Shown: positions 11,626 through 32,907, counted from the first letter of the stretch. The stretch: 64,000 nt of DNA from an uncultured Actinomycetota bacterium (GCA_963753435.1 CAVWCF010000001.1:1088001-1152000); one strand, 5' to 3'. Numbers and translations: made by a program. Notes: generated by a model not told the origin, from the letters alone.

Positions 11626-12030
11626 CTACCAGACGAAGGCGAGGACTTCCCCGCCCACTCCTTGACGGGACGCCTGCCGGTCGGTCAACAGACCGGTGGA
11701 CGTCGAGATGATCGCGATACCGAGACCGCCGAGAACGCGCGGCAGCGAAGTGGACTTCGCGTACACCCGCAGGCCCGGCTTGCTCACGCGGCGCAGCCCG
11801 GCGATGGAACGCTCCCGGCTGGGGCCGTACTTGAGGTCGATCACGAGGGACTGCCCTGGGCCGTCGGTGTTGTCTTCGACGGTCCAGCCGGCGATGTAGC
11901 CCTCGGCCTTCAGGATCTCGGCGATCCGCGTCTTGATCTTGCTCGAGGGCATGCTGACGGTCTCCTTGTACGCCTGATTGGCGTTGCGGATTCGCGTCAG
12001 CATGTCCGCGATCGGGTCGGTCATTGTCAT
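11626..12030 (-). CDS. rpsH: 30S ribosomal protein S8
   Basis: [32 protein letters not shown]. Confidence 0.99.
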   Translation of the reverse strand: MTMTDPIADMLTRIRNANQAYKETVSMPSSKIKTRIAEILKAEGYIAGWTVEDNTDGPGQSLVIDLKYGPSRERSIAGLRRVSKPGLRVYAKSTSLPRVLGGLGIAIISTSTGLLTDRQASRQGVGGEVLAFVW

Positions 12031-12091
12031 GGCCGCATCTGGCCTTCCTCGCCGTGGTATCCGGAACTACCCGGACCTGCGACGTCGTTGT

Positions 12092-12277
12092 TCACCAACT
12101 GCTCTTAGTCACTCCGGGCAACTGCCCTGCGTGGGCCATCTCGCGCAGACACACGCGGCACAGCCCGAACTTGCGGTACACCGAGTGCGGGCGACCGCAC
12201 TTGTTGCACCGGGTATACGCGCGCACCGCGAACTTGGGCTTGCGCTTGGCCTTGTTGATCAGCGCCTTCTTGGCCAT
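12092..12277 (-). CDS. rpsN: 30S ribosomal protein S14 type Z
   Basis: [36 protein letters not shown]. Confidence 0.98.
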   Translation of the reverse strand: MAKKALINKAKRKPKFAVRAYTRCNKCGRPHSVYRKFGLCRVCLREMAHAGQLPGVTKSSW

Positions 12278-12852
12278 CAGTTCTCCTTGAAGGGGAAGCC
12301 GAGCAACTTCAGCAGCGCCCGTCCCTCGTCGTCGTTGGTGGCCGAGGTGACCACCGTGATGTCCATCCCACGAACCCGGTCGATGGAGTCCATGTCGATC
12401 TCGTGGAACATCGATTGCTCGTTGAGACCGAACGTGTAGTTGCCGTTGCCGTCGAACTGGCGCGGTGACAACCCGCGGAAGTCGCGGATACGCGGCAGCG
12501 CGATGCTCAGCAACCGGTCCAGGAACTCCCACATCCGGTCGCCACGCAGCGTCACGTGGGCGCCGATCGGCTGACCCTCACGCAGCTTGAACTGCGCGAT
12601 GGACTTGCGGGCCCGCGTGGTCGCCGGCTTCTGGCCGGTGATCGTGGCGAGGTCCTTGATTGCGCCCTCGATCAACTTGGAGTCGCGGGCCGCATCGCCC
12701 ACACCCATGTTGACGACCACCTTGGTCACGCCCGGAACCTGCATGACGTTGGCGTAGCCGAACTCCTCGCGCAGGGCGTCCACGATCTCCTCGCGGTAAC
12801 GCAGCTTCAGGCGCGGGGCCACGGCAGTGTCGGTGGCGGCGGTGCCGGCCAT
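12277..12852 (-). CDS. rplE: 50S ribosomal protein L5
   Basis: [31 protein letters not shown]. Confidence 0.99.
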   Translation of the reverse strand: MAGTAATDTAVAPRLKLRYREEIVDALREEFGYANVMQVPGVTKVVVNMGVGDAARDSKLIEGAIKDLATITGQKPATTRARKSIAQFKLREGQPIGAHVTLRGDRMWEFLDRLLSIALPRIRDFRGLSPRQFDGNGNYTFGLNEQSMFHEIDMDSIDRVRGMDITVVTSATNDDEGRALLKLLGFPFKEN

Positions 12853-13196
12853 CAGATCTCCTCCCCGGTCGCCTTGGCGATGCGCTTCTTGGTGCCGTCC
12901 TCGGCGACCTCGACACCCACGCGGGTGCCGATGTCCTTGCCGTCCTTGGTGACCAGCGGCATGACGTTGGAGGCGTCGATCGGCGCCTCCACGTGCACGA
13001 GGCCACCGGTGCGCGAACGACCAGAGAAGTTGGACTGGCTCTGACCCTCCGCGACGTGCTTGGTCACGCGGTTGATGCCCTCGACGATCACCTTGTTGGT
13101 CTCGGGGATGGCGGCCAGAACCCGACCGTGCAGCCCCTTGTCGCGCCCGGCGATGACGACGACCTCGTCGCCCTTCTTAATCCGCATGCGCGCCAT
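12852..13196 (-). CDS. rplX: 50S ribosomal protein L24
   Basis: [30 protein letters not shown]. Confidence 0.98.
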   Translation of the reverse strand: MARMRIKKGDEVVVIAGRDKGLHGRVLAAIPETNKVIVEGINRVTKHVAEGQSQSNFSGRSRTGGLVHVEAPIDASNVMPLVTKDGKDIGTRVGVEVAEDGTKKRIAKATGEEI

Positions 13197-13564
13197 CAGA
13201 GCACCTCCGGTGCCAGCGAGATGATCTTCATGAACTTCTTGTCGCGCAGTTCGCGGCCAACCGGCCCGAAGATGCGCGTACCCCGCGGCTCGTTGTCGTT
13301 CTTCAAGATCACTGCGGCGTTCTCATCGAAGCGGATGTAGGAACCGTCGGGACGACGGCGCTCCTTGGCAGTGCGGACCACAACGGCCTTCACTACCTCT
13401 CCGCGCTTCACCGAGCCACCGGGGATCGCGTCCTTGACGGTCGCGACGATCACATCGCCCACGCCCGCGTAACGGCGACCCGAACCGCCGAGAACCCGGA
13501 TGCACAAGATCTCCTTGGCACCGGTGTTGTCGGCGACTCGTAGTCGCGACTCCTGCTGGATCAC
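13196..13564 (-). CDS. rplN: 50S ribosomal protein L14
   Basis: GTG start at 13564; [31 protein letters not shown]. Confidence 0.99.
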   Translation of the reverse strand: MIQQESRLRVADNTGAKEILCIRVLGGSGRRYAGVGDVIVATVKDAIPGGSVKRGEVVKAVVVRTAKERRRPDGSYIRFDENAAVILKNDNEPRGTRIFGPVGRELRDKKFMKIISLAPEVL

Positions 13565-13622
13565 GTCATCTCCTAAACGTCTGCCGGTTCTCGCGTCGCG
13601 CGAGCCTGGCGGAACGAGTCCT

Positions 13623-13895
13623 TTACTTGGCCTTCTCGAGGATCTCCACGACCCGCCAGCGCTTGGTGGCTGACAGCGGTCGGGTCTCCATGACCAGCAC
13701 GCGGTCGCCGACACCGGCCGAGTTGGCCTCGTCGTGCGCCTTGAGCTTGCTGGTGCGCCGCACGACCTTGCCGTACAGCGGGTGCTTGAAGCGGTCCTCA
13801 ACGGCGACGACGACGGTCTTGTCCGTCTTGTCGCTGACGACGTACCCCTCGCGTGTCTTGCGGAAACCGCGGGTTGTCTCGGTCGCGTTGCTCAT
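13623..13895 (-). CDS. rpsQ: 30S ribosomal protein S17
   Basis: [31 protein letters not shown]. Confidence 0.99.
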   Translation of the reverse strand: MSNATETTRGFRKTREGYVVSDKTDKTVVVAVEDRFKHPLYGKVVRRTSKLKAHDEANSAGVGDRVLVMETRPLSATKRWRVVEILEKAK

Positions 13896-14128
13896 GCGGC
13901 GCCCTCCGCGCTCTCGACGGTGGTGATGCCGAGCTCACGCTCGCGCAGCACGGTGTAGATGCGAGCGATCTCTTTGCGAACCGCGTTCAGACGCCCGTGG
14001 TTCTCCAACTGACCGGTCGCGGCCTGGAAGCGCAGGTTGAACAGCTCCTCCTTGGCCTCTTTCAGCTTGGCGATGAGTTCATCGTCCTCGAGGCTGCGTA
14101 GGTCCTGGGCCTTGGTAGTGGCGGCCAT
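13892..14128 (-). CDS. rpmC: 50S ribosomal protein L29
   Basis: [27 protein letters not shown]; ATG at 14128. Confidence 0.98.
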   Translation of the reverse strand: MAATTKAQDLRSLEDDELIAKLKEAKEELFNLRFQAATGQLENHGRLNAVRKEIARIYTVLRERELGITTVESAEGAA

Positions 14129-14541
14129 CACCCCTCCTCTCGGCGCACAATGCGGCATTTCATGGGCAGCTTGTGAGCGGCCCTGGTGAGTGCTTCGCGG
14201 GCGGTTACCTCGTCCGGGTAGGACAACTCGAACATCACGCGTCCGGGCTTGACGTTGGCCACCCACCATTCCGGGGAGCCCTTACCCGAACCCATGCGCG
14301 TCTCCGCCGGCTTCTTGGTCAGCGGGCGGTCCGGGTAGATGTTGATCCACACCTTGCCGCCACGGCGGATGTGCCGGGTGATCGCGATACGAGCGGCCTC
14401 GATCTGCCGGTTGGTGACGTAGGCCGCTTCCAGCGCCTGCAAGCCGTACTCGCCGAAGGCGACGGAGTTGCCGCCCTTGGACATGCCCGACCGCTTCGGG
14501 TGGTGCTGCTTACGGTGCTTGACCCTGCGGGGGATCAACAT
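14128..14541 (-). CDS. rplP: 50S ribosomal protein L16
   Basis: [23 protein letters not shown]. Confidence 0.99.
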   Translation of the reverse strand: MLIPRRVKHRKQHHPKRSGMSKGGNSVAFGEYGLQALEAAYVTNRQIEAARIAITRHIRRGGKVWINIYPDRPLTKKPAETRMGSGKGSPEWWVANVKPGRVMFELSYPDEVTAREALTRAAHKLPMKCRIVRREEG

Positions 14542-14544
14542 GGC

Positions 14545-15318
14545 TCAGGCCTCCGATCCGGTCGCAGCGGGCGCCTCAGCGGCACCGACACCGGCGGTTT
14601 CGCGACGCGGACCACGCGGACCGGCGCCACCGCCACGACGCTCACCGCGGGCCGGTCGCCCGGTCGGCAGCTGCACGTCGCGCTCGGCCTTGCCCTGTAG
14701 CACGTCGCCCTTGTAGATCCAGACCTTCACGCCGATCCGGCCGAAGGTGGTGCGGGCCTCGTAGAAGCCGTAGTCGATGTTGGCGCGCAGCGTGTGCAGC
14801 GGGACCCGACCCTCGCGGTAGAACTCGCTGCGGCTCATCTCCGCGCCACCGAGGCGGCCGGAGCACTGGATGCGGATGCCCTTGGCACCGGAGCGCATTG
14901 CGGTCTGCATCGCCTTGCGCATCGCGCGGCGGAACGCGACGCGGGAACTCAACTGCTCCGCAACGCCCTGCGCCACCAGCTGGGCATCGATCTCGGGGTT
15001 CTTGACCTCGAGGATGTTCAGCTGGACCTGCTTGCCGGTCAGCTTCTCCAGGTCGGCGCGGATGCGGTCGGCCTCGGCGCCACGACGGCCGATGACGATG
15101 CCCGGACGCGCCGTGTGCAGGTCCACGCGGACCCGGTCCCGGGTGCGCTCGATCTCGACGCGGGCGATGCCGGCGCGCTCCATGCCCTGCGACAGCAGCT
15201 TGCGGATCGCCACGTCTTCGGCGACATAGTCGGCGTACATCGCGTCGGCGTACCACCGGCTGGTGTGGTCGGTGGTGATGCCGAGGCGGAAGCCGTACGG
15301 ATTGACCTTCTGTCCCAT
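14545..15318 (-). CDS. rpsC: 30S ribosomal protein S3
   Basis: [30 protein letters not shown]; ATG at 15318. Confidence 0.99.
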   Translation of the reverse strand: MGQKVNPYGFRLGITTDHTSRWYADAMYADYVAEDVAIRKLLSQGMERAGIARVEIERTRDRVRVDLHTARPGIVIGRRGAEADRIRADLEKLTGKQVQLNILEVKNPEIDAQLVAQGVAEQLSSRVAFRRAMRKAMQTAMRSGAKGIRIQCSGRLGGAEMSRSEFYREGRVPLHTLRANIDYGFYEARTTFGRIGVKVWIYKGDVLQGKAERDVQLPTGRPARGERRGGGAGPRGPRRETAGVGAAEAPAATGSEA

Positions 15319-15710
15319 CAGCGGGCCTTCCCTGCGGTTGCCGCCGTGCGGGACTGCACGACAACGGTGATGTGGCTTGTGCGCTTGCGGATGCGAGCGG
15401 CACGGCCTTGCGCCCGGGGCCGGAAGCGGCGCATCGTCGGGCCCTCGTCCACGTAGGCCTGCGAGATCCACAGCGAGCGCGGGTCCAGGTTGTGGTTGGT
15501 CTCCGCGTTGGCGACAGCGCTGGCCAATACCTTGCCGACCGGTTCGCTGGCAGCCTGCGGGGCGAACTTCAGCATCGCCAGGGCCTCATCGGCCTTCATC
15601 CCGCGCACCAGGTCGACAACTCGACGCACCTTGGACGCTGACATGCGCACGTAGCGCGCCTGCGCCAAGGCCTCGTCGATCGCGAGGTGCCTCGCCTTGT
15701 TCTCCGCCAT
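15318..15710 (-). CDS. rplV: 50S ribosomal protein L22
   Basis: [37 protein letters not shown]. Confidence 0.98.
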   Translation of the reverse strand: MAENKARHLAIDEALAQARYVRMSASKVRRVVDLVRGMKADEALAMLKFAPQAASEPVGKVLASAVANAETNHNLDPRSLWISQAYVDEGPTMRRFRPRAQGRAARIRKRTSHITVVVQSRTAATAGKAR

Positions 15711-15745
15711 TTCCTACTCTTTCGTCTTCGCTCTGGCCACGCCGC

Positions 15746-16027
15746 TCAGCGACGCCGAGCCTTGCGGTCGTCTTTGTCGTGACCCCGGAAGGTGCGCGTC
15801 GGGGCGAACTCGCCCAACTTGTGCCCAACCATCGCCTCGGTGACGAACACCGGGACGTGCTTGCGACCGTCGTGCACGGCGATGGTGTGGCCGAGCATCG
15901 CCGGCACGATCATCGAGCGCCTCGACCAGGTCTTGATGACGTTGCGGGTGCCCTGTTCGTTCTGCACGTCCACCTTGGTCATGAGGTGGGCGTCCACGAA
16001 CGGACCCTTCTTCAAGCTGCGCGGCAT
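15746..16027 (-). CDS. rpsS: 30S ribosomal protein S19
   Basis: [28 protein letters not shown]. Confidence 0.99.
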   Translation of the reverse strand: MPRSLKKGPFVDAHLMTKVDVQNEQGTRNVIKTWSRRSMIVPAMLGHTIAVHDGRKHVPVFVTEAMVGHKLGEFAPTRTFRGHDKDDRKARRR

Positions 16028-16039
16028 CTTTCAGACTCC

Positions 16040-16876
<837 letters not shown>

Positions 16877-16892
16877 TAGTTCTCGTCCTCCC

Positions 16893-17195
16893 TCAGCTGA
16901 CCGGTCCGCCGAAGATGTCGATCCGGTCGCCGTCGGCCAGGCTGACCACCGCACGCTTGGTCGACTTGCGCTGGCCCACGCCGAAGCGCGTCCTGCGGGT
17001 CTTGCCCCTGCGGTTCATCGTGTTGACGCTCGTGACGCGCACGCCGAACACCTGCTCAACGGCGATCTTGATCTGCGTCTTGTTGGCGTCTGGCGCCACC
17101 TCGAACGTGTACTTGTTCTCGTCCAGCAGCCCGTAGCTCTTCTCCGACACGATCGGGCGGATCAGCACGTCGCGGGGGTCGGAAACGTTGATCAT
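16893..17195 (-). CDS. rplW: 50S ribosomal protein L23
   Basis: [30 protein letters not shown]. Confidence 0.98.
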   Translation of the reverse strand: MINVSDPRDVLIRPIVSEKSYGLLDENKYTFEVAPDANKTQIKIAVEQVFGVRVTSVNTMNRRGKTRRTRFGVGQRKSTKRAVVSLADGDRIDIFGGPVS

Positions 17196-17872
17196 GCGCC
17201 GGCCTCCTTGCCGTCAGCAGCGGTGGCACGGGCCTTCACTGCGGCCACCGGGCCGTCCAGGAACGCGGCCAGGGCGGTCTCGGTGAACACGACGTCGTCG
17301 CTGACCAGCACGTCATAGGTGTTCAGCTGGTCCGGGGCGATGAGGTGCACCGTCGGCACGTTGCGCAGCGACAGCCAGGCGGTCTGCTCATCGCGGGTGA
17401 GCACGACGAGGACGCGGGACGCCTCGGTTGCGGCGCGCACAGCGGCGATGGCGCTCTTCGTCGACGGGGTGTCGCCGTCGATGAGCGTGTTGATGACGTG
17501 CACCTGGCCGTTGCGGGCGCGGTCCGTGAGCGCGTGCCGCAACGCGGCAGCCTTCATCTTCTTCGGGGTGCGCTGCGCGTAGTCACGCGGCGTCGGCCCG
17601 TGCACAACGCCACCGCCGGCGTACTGCGGTGCGCGGATGGAGCCCTGCCGCGCGCGGCCGGTGCCCTTCTGGCGGTACGGCTTGGCGCCACCGCCAGCGA
17701 CCTCGGCGCGCGTCTTGGTGTCGTGGGTGCCCTGGCGGGCCGCGGCCAACTGGGCCACGACCACCTGGTGCATCAGCGGGACGCTGACGTTCTCCACGCC
17801 GAAGACGTGCTCAGGCAGTTCCACCGTGCCGGCCTTCTTGCCGTCGGCGGACTTGATGTCGATGGTGGGCAT
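17192..17872 (-). CDS. rplD: 50S ribosomal protein L4
   Basis: [33 protein letters not shown]. Confidence 0.99.
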   Translation of the reverse strand: MPTIDIKSADGKKAGTVELPEHVFGVENVSVPLMHQVVVAQLAAARQGTHDTKTRAEVAGGGAKPYRQKGTGRARQGSIRAPQYAGGGVVHGPTPRDYAQRTPKKMKAAALRHALTDRARNGQVHVINTLIDGDTPSTKSAIAAVRAATEASRVLVVLTRDEQTAWLSLRNVPTVHLIAPDQLNTYDVLVSDDVVFTETALAAFLDGPVAAVKARATAADGKEAGA

Positions 17873-17876
17873 CGGG

Positions 17877-18533
17877 TCAGGCCCCCTTCGCTGCGGTCTT
17901 GAGGAGGACGACGCCGCCGACCGGACCCGGAACGGCGCCCTTGAGCAGAACCAGGCCCTGCTCGGCGTCGACGGAGTGCACGGTCAGGTTCTGCACCGTC
18001 TGGCGGTCGTGCCCCATGCGCCCGGCCATTCGCAGGCCCTTGAACACGCGGCCCGGGGTGGCACAGCCACCGATGGAGCCTGGGGAGCGGTGCTTGCGCT
18101 GAACGCCGTGACCGGCGCCCAGACCACTGAAGCCGTGACGCTTCATCACACCGGCGAAGCCCTTGCCCTTGGTGGTGCCGACCACGTCAACGACCTGCCC
18201 GGCCTCGAAGACCTCGGCGGTCAGTTCCTGACCGGCGCTGTACTCACCGGCGTCAGTGGTGCGTAGTTCCACCAGGTGCCGGCGGGGGGTGACGCCGGCC
18301 TTGGTGAAGTGGCCGGATGCCGGCTTGTTCACCTTGCGCGGGTCGATGGCACCGTAGGCGATCTGGACGGCCTCGTAGCCGTCGCGCTCGGGGGTGCGCA
18401 CCTGCGTCACGACGCACGGGCCGGCCTTGACCACGGTCACCGGGACCACGCGGTTGTCCGCGTCCCAGACCTGGGTCATGCCGACCTTCTCGCCGAGAAG
18501 GCCGCGCACCTGCGCCTGCTGCTGCTTGGTCAT
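17877..18533 (-). CDS. rplC: 50S ribosomal protein L3
   Basis: [31 protein letters not shown]; ATG at 18533. Confidence 0.99.
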   Translation of the reverse strand: MTKQQQAQVRGLLGEKVGMTQVWDADNRVVPVTVVKAGPCVVTQVRTPERDGYEAVQIAYGAIDPRKVNKPASGHFTKAGVTPRRHLVELRTTDAGEYSAGQELTAEVFEAGQVVDVVGTTKGKGFAGVMKRHGFSGLGAGHGVQRKHRSPGSIGGCATPGRVFKGLRMAGRMGHDRQTVQNLTVHSVDAEQGLVLLKGAVPGPVGGVVLLKTAAKGA

Positions 18534-18546
18534 GTTGTGCGCGTCC

Positions 18547-18855
18547 TTAGAGCTTGATCTCGATGTCGACGCCCGCGGGCAGATCCAGCCGCATGAGCGA
18601 GTCGACGGTCTTGGGCGTGGGGTCAAGGATGTCGATCAGCCGCTTGTGCGTGCGCATCTCGAAGTGCTCACGGCTGTCCTTGTACTTGTGCGGAGAACGG
18701 ATGACGCAGTAGATGTTCTTCTCCGTCGGCAGCGGCACCGGACCGGCGATCTGCGCGCCCGTACGGGTCACCGTCTCGACGATCTTGCGCGCCGACGAAT
18801 CGATGACCTCGTGGTCGTAGGCCTTGAGCCTGATGCGGATCTTGTTTGCCGCCAT
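18547..18855 (-). CDS. rpsJ: 30S ribosomal protein S10
   Basis: [33 protein letters not shown]. Confidence 0.99.
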   Translation of the reverse strand: MAANKIRIRLKAYDHEVIDSSARKIVETVTRTGAQIAGPVPLPTEKNIYCVIRSPHKYKDSREHFEMRTHKRLIDILDPTPKTVDSLMRLDLPAGVDIEIKL

Positions 18856-18896
18856 GGTGGCCTTCTGTCCTTACTTCTCGTGCTGCTGTCGGTGGT

Positions 18897-18930
18897 TCGG
18901 TCGGGGGCGGCGCGGGCCGCCCCCGACCGA
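18897..18930 (-). other. perfect 15-bp hairpin between tuf and rpsJ (terminator or mRNA-stabilising stem)
   Basis: tcggtcgggggcggc-gcgg-gccgcccccgaccga; no U tract. Confidence 0.65.
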
Positions 18931-18936
18931 GGGGTC

Positions 18937-20127
18937 CTACTTGTTGATCTTGATGACTCGCCCGGCACCCACGGTGCGGCCGCCTTCGCGAATTGCGAAG
19001 CGCAGGCCCTCATCCATGGCGATCGGGTTGATCAGCTCGACCTTCATCTCGGTGTTGTCGCCCGGCATCACCATTTCGACGCCTTCGGGCAGGGTCACCA
19101 CGCCGGTCACGTCCGTCGTACGGAAGTAGAACTGCGGGCGGTAGTTGTTGAAGAACGGCGTGTGCCGGCCACCCTCGTCCTTGGACAGGATGTAGACCTG
19201 CGCCTCGAAGTCGGTGTGCGGGGTGGTCGTGCCCGGGTGGCACACAACCTGGCCGCGCTCGACATCCTCACGCTTGGTGCCACGAAGCAGCAGACCGACG
19301 TTCTCACCGGCCTGACCCTCGTCGAGCAGCTTGCGGAACATCTCGACGCCGGTGACCGTGGTCTTGGCCGACTCCTTGATGCCGACGATCTCGACCTCTT
19401 CGTTCACCTTGACGATGCCGCGCTCGATGCGGCCCGTGACCACGGTGCCGCGGCCGGTGATGGTGAAGACGTCCTCGACCGGCATGAGGAACGGCTTGTC
19501 GACCTCGCGCTCGGGGACCGGGATGTAGTCGTCCACGGCCTGCATGAGCTCAAGTACCGACTCGCCCCACTTGGCGTCGCCCTCCAGCGCCTTGAGCGCG
19601 GAGACCCTGACTACCGGAACGTCGTCGCCGGGGAACTCGTACTCGTTGAGCAGCTCACGAACCTCGAGCTCGACGAGCTCCAGCAGTTCCTCGTCGTCGA
19701 CCATGTCGGTCTTGTTCAGCGCCACGACGATGAAGGGCACGCCGACCTGGCGGGCCAGCAGGACGTGCTCCTTGGTCTGCGGCATGGGGCCATCGGTGGC
19801 CGCCACGACCAGGATGGCGCCGTCCATCTGCGCCGCACCGGTGATCATGTTCTTGATGTAGTCGGCGTGGCCGGGGCAGTCGACGTGGGCGTAGTGCTTG
19901 GCCTCGGTCTGGTACTCCACGTGCGCGATGGAGATGGTGATACCGCGCTGACGCTCTTCCGGCGCCTTGTCGATCTCGTCGAAAGGCGTGAACGGGTTGA
20001 GGTCGGGGTACTTGTCGTGCAGCACCTTGGTGATCGCCGCGGTCAGAGTCGTCTTCCCGTGGTCAATGTGCCCGATGGTGCCGATGTTTAGGTGCGGCTT
20101 TGTCCGCTCGAACTTTTCTTTCGCCAC
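18937..20127 (-). CDS. tuf: elongation factor Tu
   Basis: GTG start at 20127; [31 protein letters not shown]. Confidence 0.99.
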   Translation of the reverse strand: MAKEKFERTKPHLNIGTIGHIDHGKTTLTAAITKVLHDKYPDLNPFTPFDEIDKAPEERQRGITISIAHVEYQTEAKHYAHVDCPGHADYIKNMITGAAQMDGAILVVAATDGPMPQTKEHVLLARQVGVPFIVVALNKTDMVDDEELLELVELEVRELLNEYEFPGDDVPVVRVSALKALEGDAKWGESVLELMQAVDDYIPVPEREVDKPFLMPVEDVFTITGRGTVVTGRIERGIVKVNEEVEIVGIKESAKTTVTGVEMFRKLLDEGQAGENVGLLLRGTKREDVERGQVVCHPGTTTPHTDFEAQVYILSKDEGGRHTPFFNNYRPQFYFRTTDVTGVVTLPEGVEMVMPGDNTEMKVELINPIAMDEGLRFAIREGGRTVGAGRVIKINK

Positions 20128-20229
20128 GGTGGGCTCCTCCTGAAATCCCTGTCGATGTCGGTACTGCTGGTGATGCTCCGGATCGGGGTGCTTCACGCCG
20201 TGGCGTTGGTCACACCGACCCGGTGGTCG

Positions 20230-22329
<2,100 letters not shown>

Positions 22330-22377
22330 GGTGCGGCTCTCCTGCTTTCGCTGTCGTGAGGGGCTAGTTGGTCCGGA

Positions 22378-22847
22378 CTACCAGCGGTAGTGCGCGAACG
22401 CCTTGTTGGATTCGGCCATCTTGTGCATGTCCTCGCGGCGCTTGACGCTTGCACCGAGGCCATTGCTGGCGTCGATGAGCTCGTTCATGAGGCGCTCGGA
22501 CATCGTCTTCTCGCGACGGCTGCGGGAGAACCCGACCAGCCAGCGAAGCGCCAAGGTGGTCTGGCGGCCGGCGCGGACCTCGACCGGCACCTGGTAGGTG
22601 GCGCCACCGACGCGGCGGCTGCGCACCTCCAGCGTGGGCTTGACGTTGTCCAGCGCGCGCTTGAGCGTGACGACCGGGTCAGTGCCGGTCTTCTCGCGGC
22701 AGCCTTCCAGGGCGTCGTAGACGATCTGCTGCGCGGTGGAACGCTTGCCGTCACGCAGCACCTTGTTGACCAGCTGGGTCACCAGCGGGCTCTCGTAAAC
22801 CGGGTCGAGCGTCGTCGGACGCTTCGTGGCCGGACCTTTGCGCGGCA

Positions 22848-22848
<1 letters not shown>
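22378..22848 (-). CDS. rpsG: 30S ribosomal protein S7
   Basis: [26 protein letters not shown]. Confidence 0.99.
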
Positions 22849-23222
<374 letters not shown>

Positions 23223-23445
23223 CGCTTCTCCGTGTCCGTCGTTCTCGTTTTCGGTCCAGGCGTCCGCACACACCGTTCCCGGCGTGTCCGTTTCGCCCGT
23301 TTGCTCCGACCCCCGCGTTCGGGTGTGTCGCCCGTTTCCCCGCGTGCGAAGCCGAAACTCCACCGCTGGGGGGTCGTAGCCGGCTGGTGTCACCGCATTC
23401 GCGGGGCACAGCCGAGCACCTGGGTCACCCCAGGCGCGATGGCAA

Positions 23446-23475
23446 AAGGTAGCCGACGTGGGCACCTGAGGTCAA
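23446..23475 (-). promoter_or_regulatory. sigma-A type promoter of the str operon
   Basis: TTGACC (23475-23470), 18-nt spacer, TACCTT (23451-23446). Confidence 0.75.
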
Positions 23476-23554
23476 AGTCAGGCAGCGGACCTCCCCCGCA
23501 GGCTCAGCGCGAGGGGATCGGAGCGTGCCTGAGCACCGGTGGGAGGGGGCCGGT

Positions 23555-24061
23555 TCAGGCTCCGTTGATCGCCGCTAGCAGGACGATGACCAGGAACAGG
23601 GCCACCCCGACCCCCCAGACGGCGATGTTGATCCACGAGATCCACCTGGAGGCGGTCACCAGGCCCTGACCCTCGACCATCGGCGCACCAGCCCGGATGG
23701 CTTGTTCAGCCTTGTTGGCAAGCACCAGCGCGATGATCGCCGGGATGACCGGGCAAACCGTCCAGGACACCAAGGCCAGCACGAAGGCGACGATGGCGTT
23801 TGTCTCGGTCTTGGGCGCGGGCGGGTACTGACCCGGCTGCCACTGCCCGGGCGCGGCCGGGTAGCCAGCAGGCGGGTATCCGGAGGCCGGCGGCGGGCCG
23901 GGTGGCGGGGCCGGTGGTGCTGGGGTTCCCGGTCCCGGCTGCCCGCCCGCCGCAGGCCAGGCGGGTGGCTGGGCCGGTGGTACCGGGGTTCCCGGCCCCG
24001 GCTGCCCGCCCGTCGGCGAGGGCTCAGGAGTCTCGCCTTGCGGACCTTCTGGCTGACTCAT
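23555..24061 (-). CDS. Pro-rich membrane protein, DUF4190-like C-terminus
   Basis: Pro/Gly-rich N-terminus then TNAIVAFVLALVSW..AIIALVLA..GQGLVTA..WI, two to three hydrophobic helices. Confidence 0.75.
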   Translation of the reverse strand: MSQPEGPQGETPEPSPTGGQPGPGTPVPPAQPPAWPAAGGQPGPGTPAPPAPPPGPPPASGYPPAGYPAAPGQWQPGQYPPAPKTETNAIVAFVLALVSWTVCPVIPAIIALVLANKAEQAIRAGAPMVEGQGLVTASRWISWINIAVWGVGVALFLVIVLLAAINGA

Positions 24062-24897
24062 CAGGTGTCTCGCAGGGGACGACCTTGGGCGTCCGTGGTG
24101 ATCCCGGAGCCCACCAGGATCAGGATTCCCTCGATGAAGCCCCAGACGGCGCCAAGACCCAGAGTCACGATCGTCACGATGATTTGGACGACCCCGATGC
24201 CGGTGTACCCCAGGTAGAAGCGGTGGATCCCGAAACCACCCAACAGGATCCCCAGGACGCCGGCCACGATCTTGCTCTTGGCGGCGGGGTCAGCGATCGG
24301 ATAGCCGGCTGGGTAGCCAGGTAGCGGTTGCTGGTAGCCGCCGGGGGGCGGTGGTGCCTGGCCGTACCCAGGCGGGGGCGGTGGTGCTTGGCCGTACCCG
24401 GGAGGAGGTGCCTGACCCGGCGGGGGCGGCGGTACTTGGCCATACCCGGGCGGAGGTGCCTGAGCAGCAGGTGGCGGCGGGACGGGTGGCTGGGCCGGTG
24501 GTTCTGGGGTTTCCGGCTCCAGCCGCGCGTCCGGCGGCGGCGGTCCGGCAGGGGACGGAGGCGCGGCGGGTGGCTGGGCCGGTGCTGCTGCCTGCGGCGG
24601 TACGGCAGGCGACGGCGGCGCGGCGGGTGGCTGGGCCGGTGCTGCTGCCTGCGGCGGTACGGCAGGCGACGGCGGCGCGGCGGGTGGCTGGGCCGGTGGT
24701 TCTGGGGTTTCCGGCTCCAGCCGCGCGTCCGCCGACGTCTGTGGCGGCCCGGCGGGTGGCTGGGCCGGTGGTTCTGGGGTTTCCGGCTCCAGCCGATCTT
24801 CCGGCGGCGGTGCCGGAACTGCCCCTGGGGGCGGGGGACCGCCAGGAACGATCGTCGGCGTTGGCTCGGCGGACTCAGGTTGCTGCTGGTCGCTCAT
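24061..24897 (-). CDS. Pro-rich protein with C-terminal TM2 domain
   Basis: KSKIVAGVLGILLGGFGIHRFYLGYTGIG..WGFIEGI is the TM2 signature; GGAGG SD upstream. Confidence 0.88.
   Translation of the reverse strand: MSDQQQPESAEPTPTIVPGGPPPPGAVPAPPPEDRLEPETPEPPAQPPAGPPQTSADARLEPETPEPPAQPPAAPPSPAVPPQAAAPAQPPAAPPSPAVPPQAAAPAQPPAAPPSPAGPPPPDARLEPETPEPPAQPPVPPPPAAQAPPPGYGQVPPPPPGQAPPPGYGQAPPPPPGYGQAPPPPGGYQQPLPGYPAGYPIADPAAKSKIVAGVLGILLGGFGIHRFYLGYTGIGVVQIIVTIVTLGLGAVWGFIEGILILVGSGITTDAQGRPLRDT
24340..24795. repeat. intragenic coding repeats
   Basis: 57-bp unit in tandem at 24560 and 24617 (third start at 24674); three copies encoding RLEPETPEPPAQPP; several PGYGQAPPP units. Confidence 0.9.
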
Positions 24898-25001
24898 TGG
24901 GCACCTCCACGCTCACCCTAGGGATCCCAAGCCGTCAGCCCTAGCCCGCGCGCCCGCGTTTCTTCTCGGCCTACCGACCCGCACCCGGCAACTGCCTGGC
25001 C

Positions 25002-25105
25002 GTTGCGCAACTTCTGGCCCGAGAAGCATCCGCGCGGGGTGCACTTCGGACCCGGGGTTGCACTGCGGGACCGGGGTTGCGCCCCGGAATCGGGGGTTGC
25101 GCTTC
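25002..25105. repeat. degenerate palindrome plus 19-20-bp periodic GGGGTTGC repeats
   Basis: Units at about 25048, 25067 and 25086 (weaker one at 25033); gcaacttctggcccga pairs imperfectly with tcggacccggggttgc. Confidence 0.6.
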
Positions 25106-25163
25106 CAGACCGAAGACACAGCCGGAAACGGCGGCCCCACCAAGCGGGACGGGCAAGGCATGC

Positions 25164-25195
25164 GAGAGGGGCGGCCCATCGGGGCCGCCCCTCTC
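25164..25195 (-). terminator. rpoBC terminator hairpin
   Basis: gagaggggcggccc-atcg-gggccgcccctctc, 14-bp perfect stem 35 nt after the rpoC stop. Confidence 0.8.
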
Positions 25196-25230
25196 ACTCA
25201 ACTGCAGCAGCGCGTCGCGCTGCGTCCAAA

Positions 25231-29115
<3,885 letters not shown>

Positions 29116-29190
29116 GGTGCCCTCTTCCTGTCTATTCGTGTCGGGTGGTCTTCAGTGGTGCGGAGGTGGTCAGCGGCTACGCCGCGACCG

Positions 29191-32676
<3,486 letters not shown>

Positions 32677-32774
32677 GAGGCGTCCTTCCGGGGAGTTCGC
32701 CAACACGTTCAGAGCGCAGGACTGACGGCCACGGTCAATTCCGTGGTTGATGTCAGGGGGCAGCGCAAAGCGAC

Positions 32775-32803
32775 ACGTTAGTGGGAAGGCGCGCAGATGT
32801 CCA
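32775..32803 (-). promoter_or_regulatory. rpoBC promoter
   Basis: TGGACA (32803-32798), 17-nt spacer, TAACGT (32780-32775). Confidence 0.65.
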
Positions 32804-32907
32804 ACCGGTCAAGTCGCCGCAGCGAGGCACAGCCTTGGCGCGGGGCAAGCCCGGCGCGCGGAACGTACCCGCCCCCGCCGCCGGAGTCCAGCACCATCCA
32901 CAGCCTT

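Noticed and set aside
13010-13060. Loop insertion in L24 ([16 protein letters not shown])
   Set aside because: This loop is length-variable in actinobacterial L24; no sign of a separate function
24340-25105. CRISPR array
   Set aside because: Repeats are coding tandem units or short degenerate units without unique spacers; no cas genes
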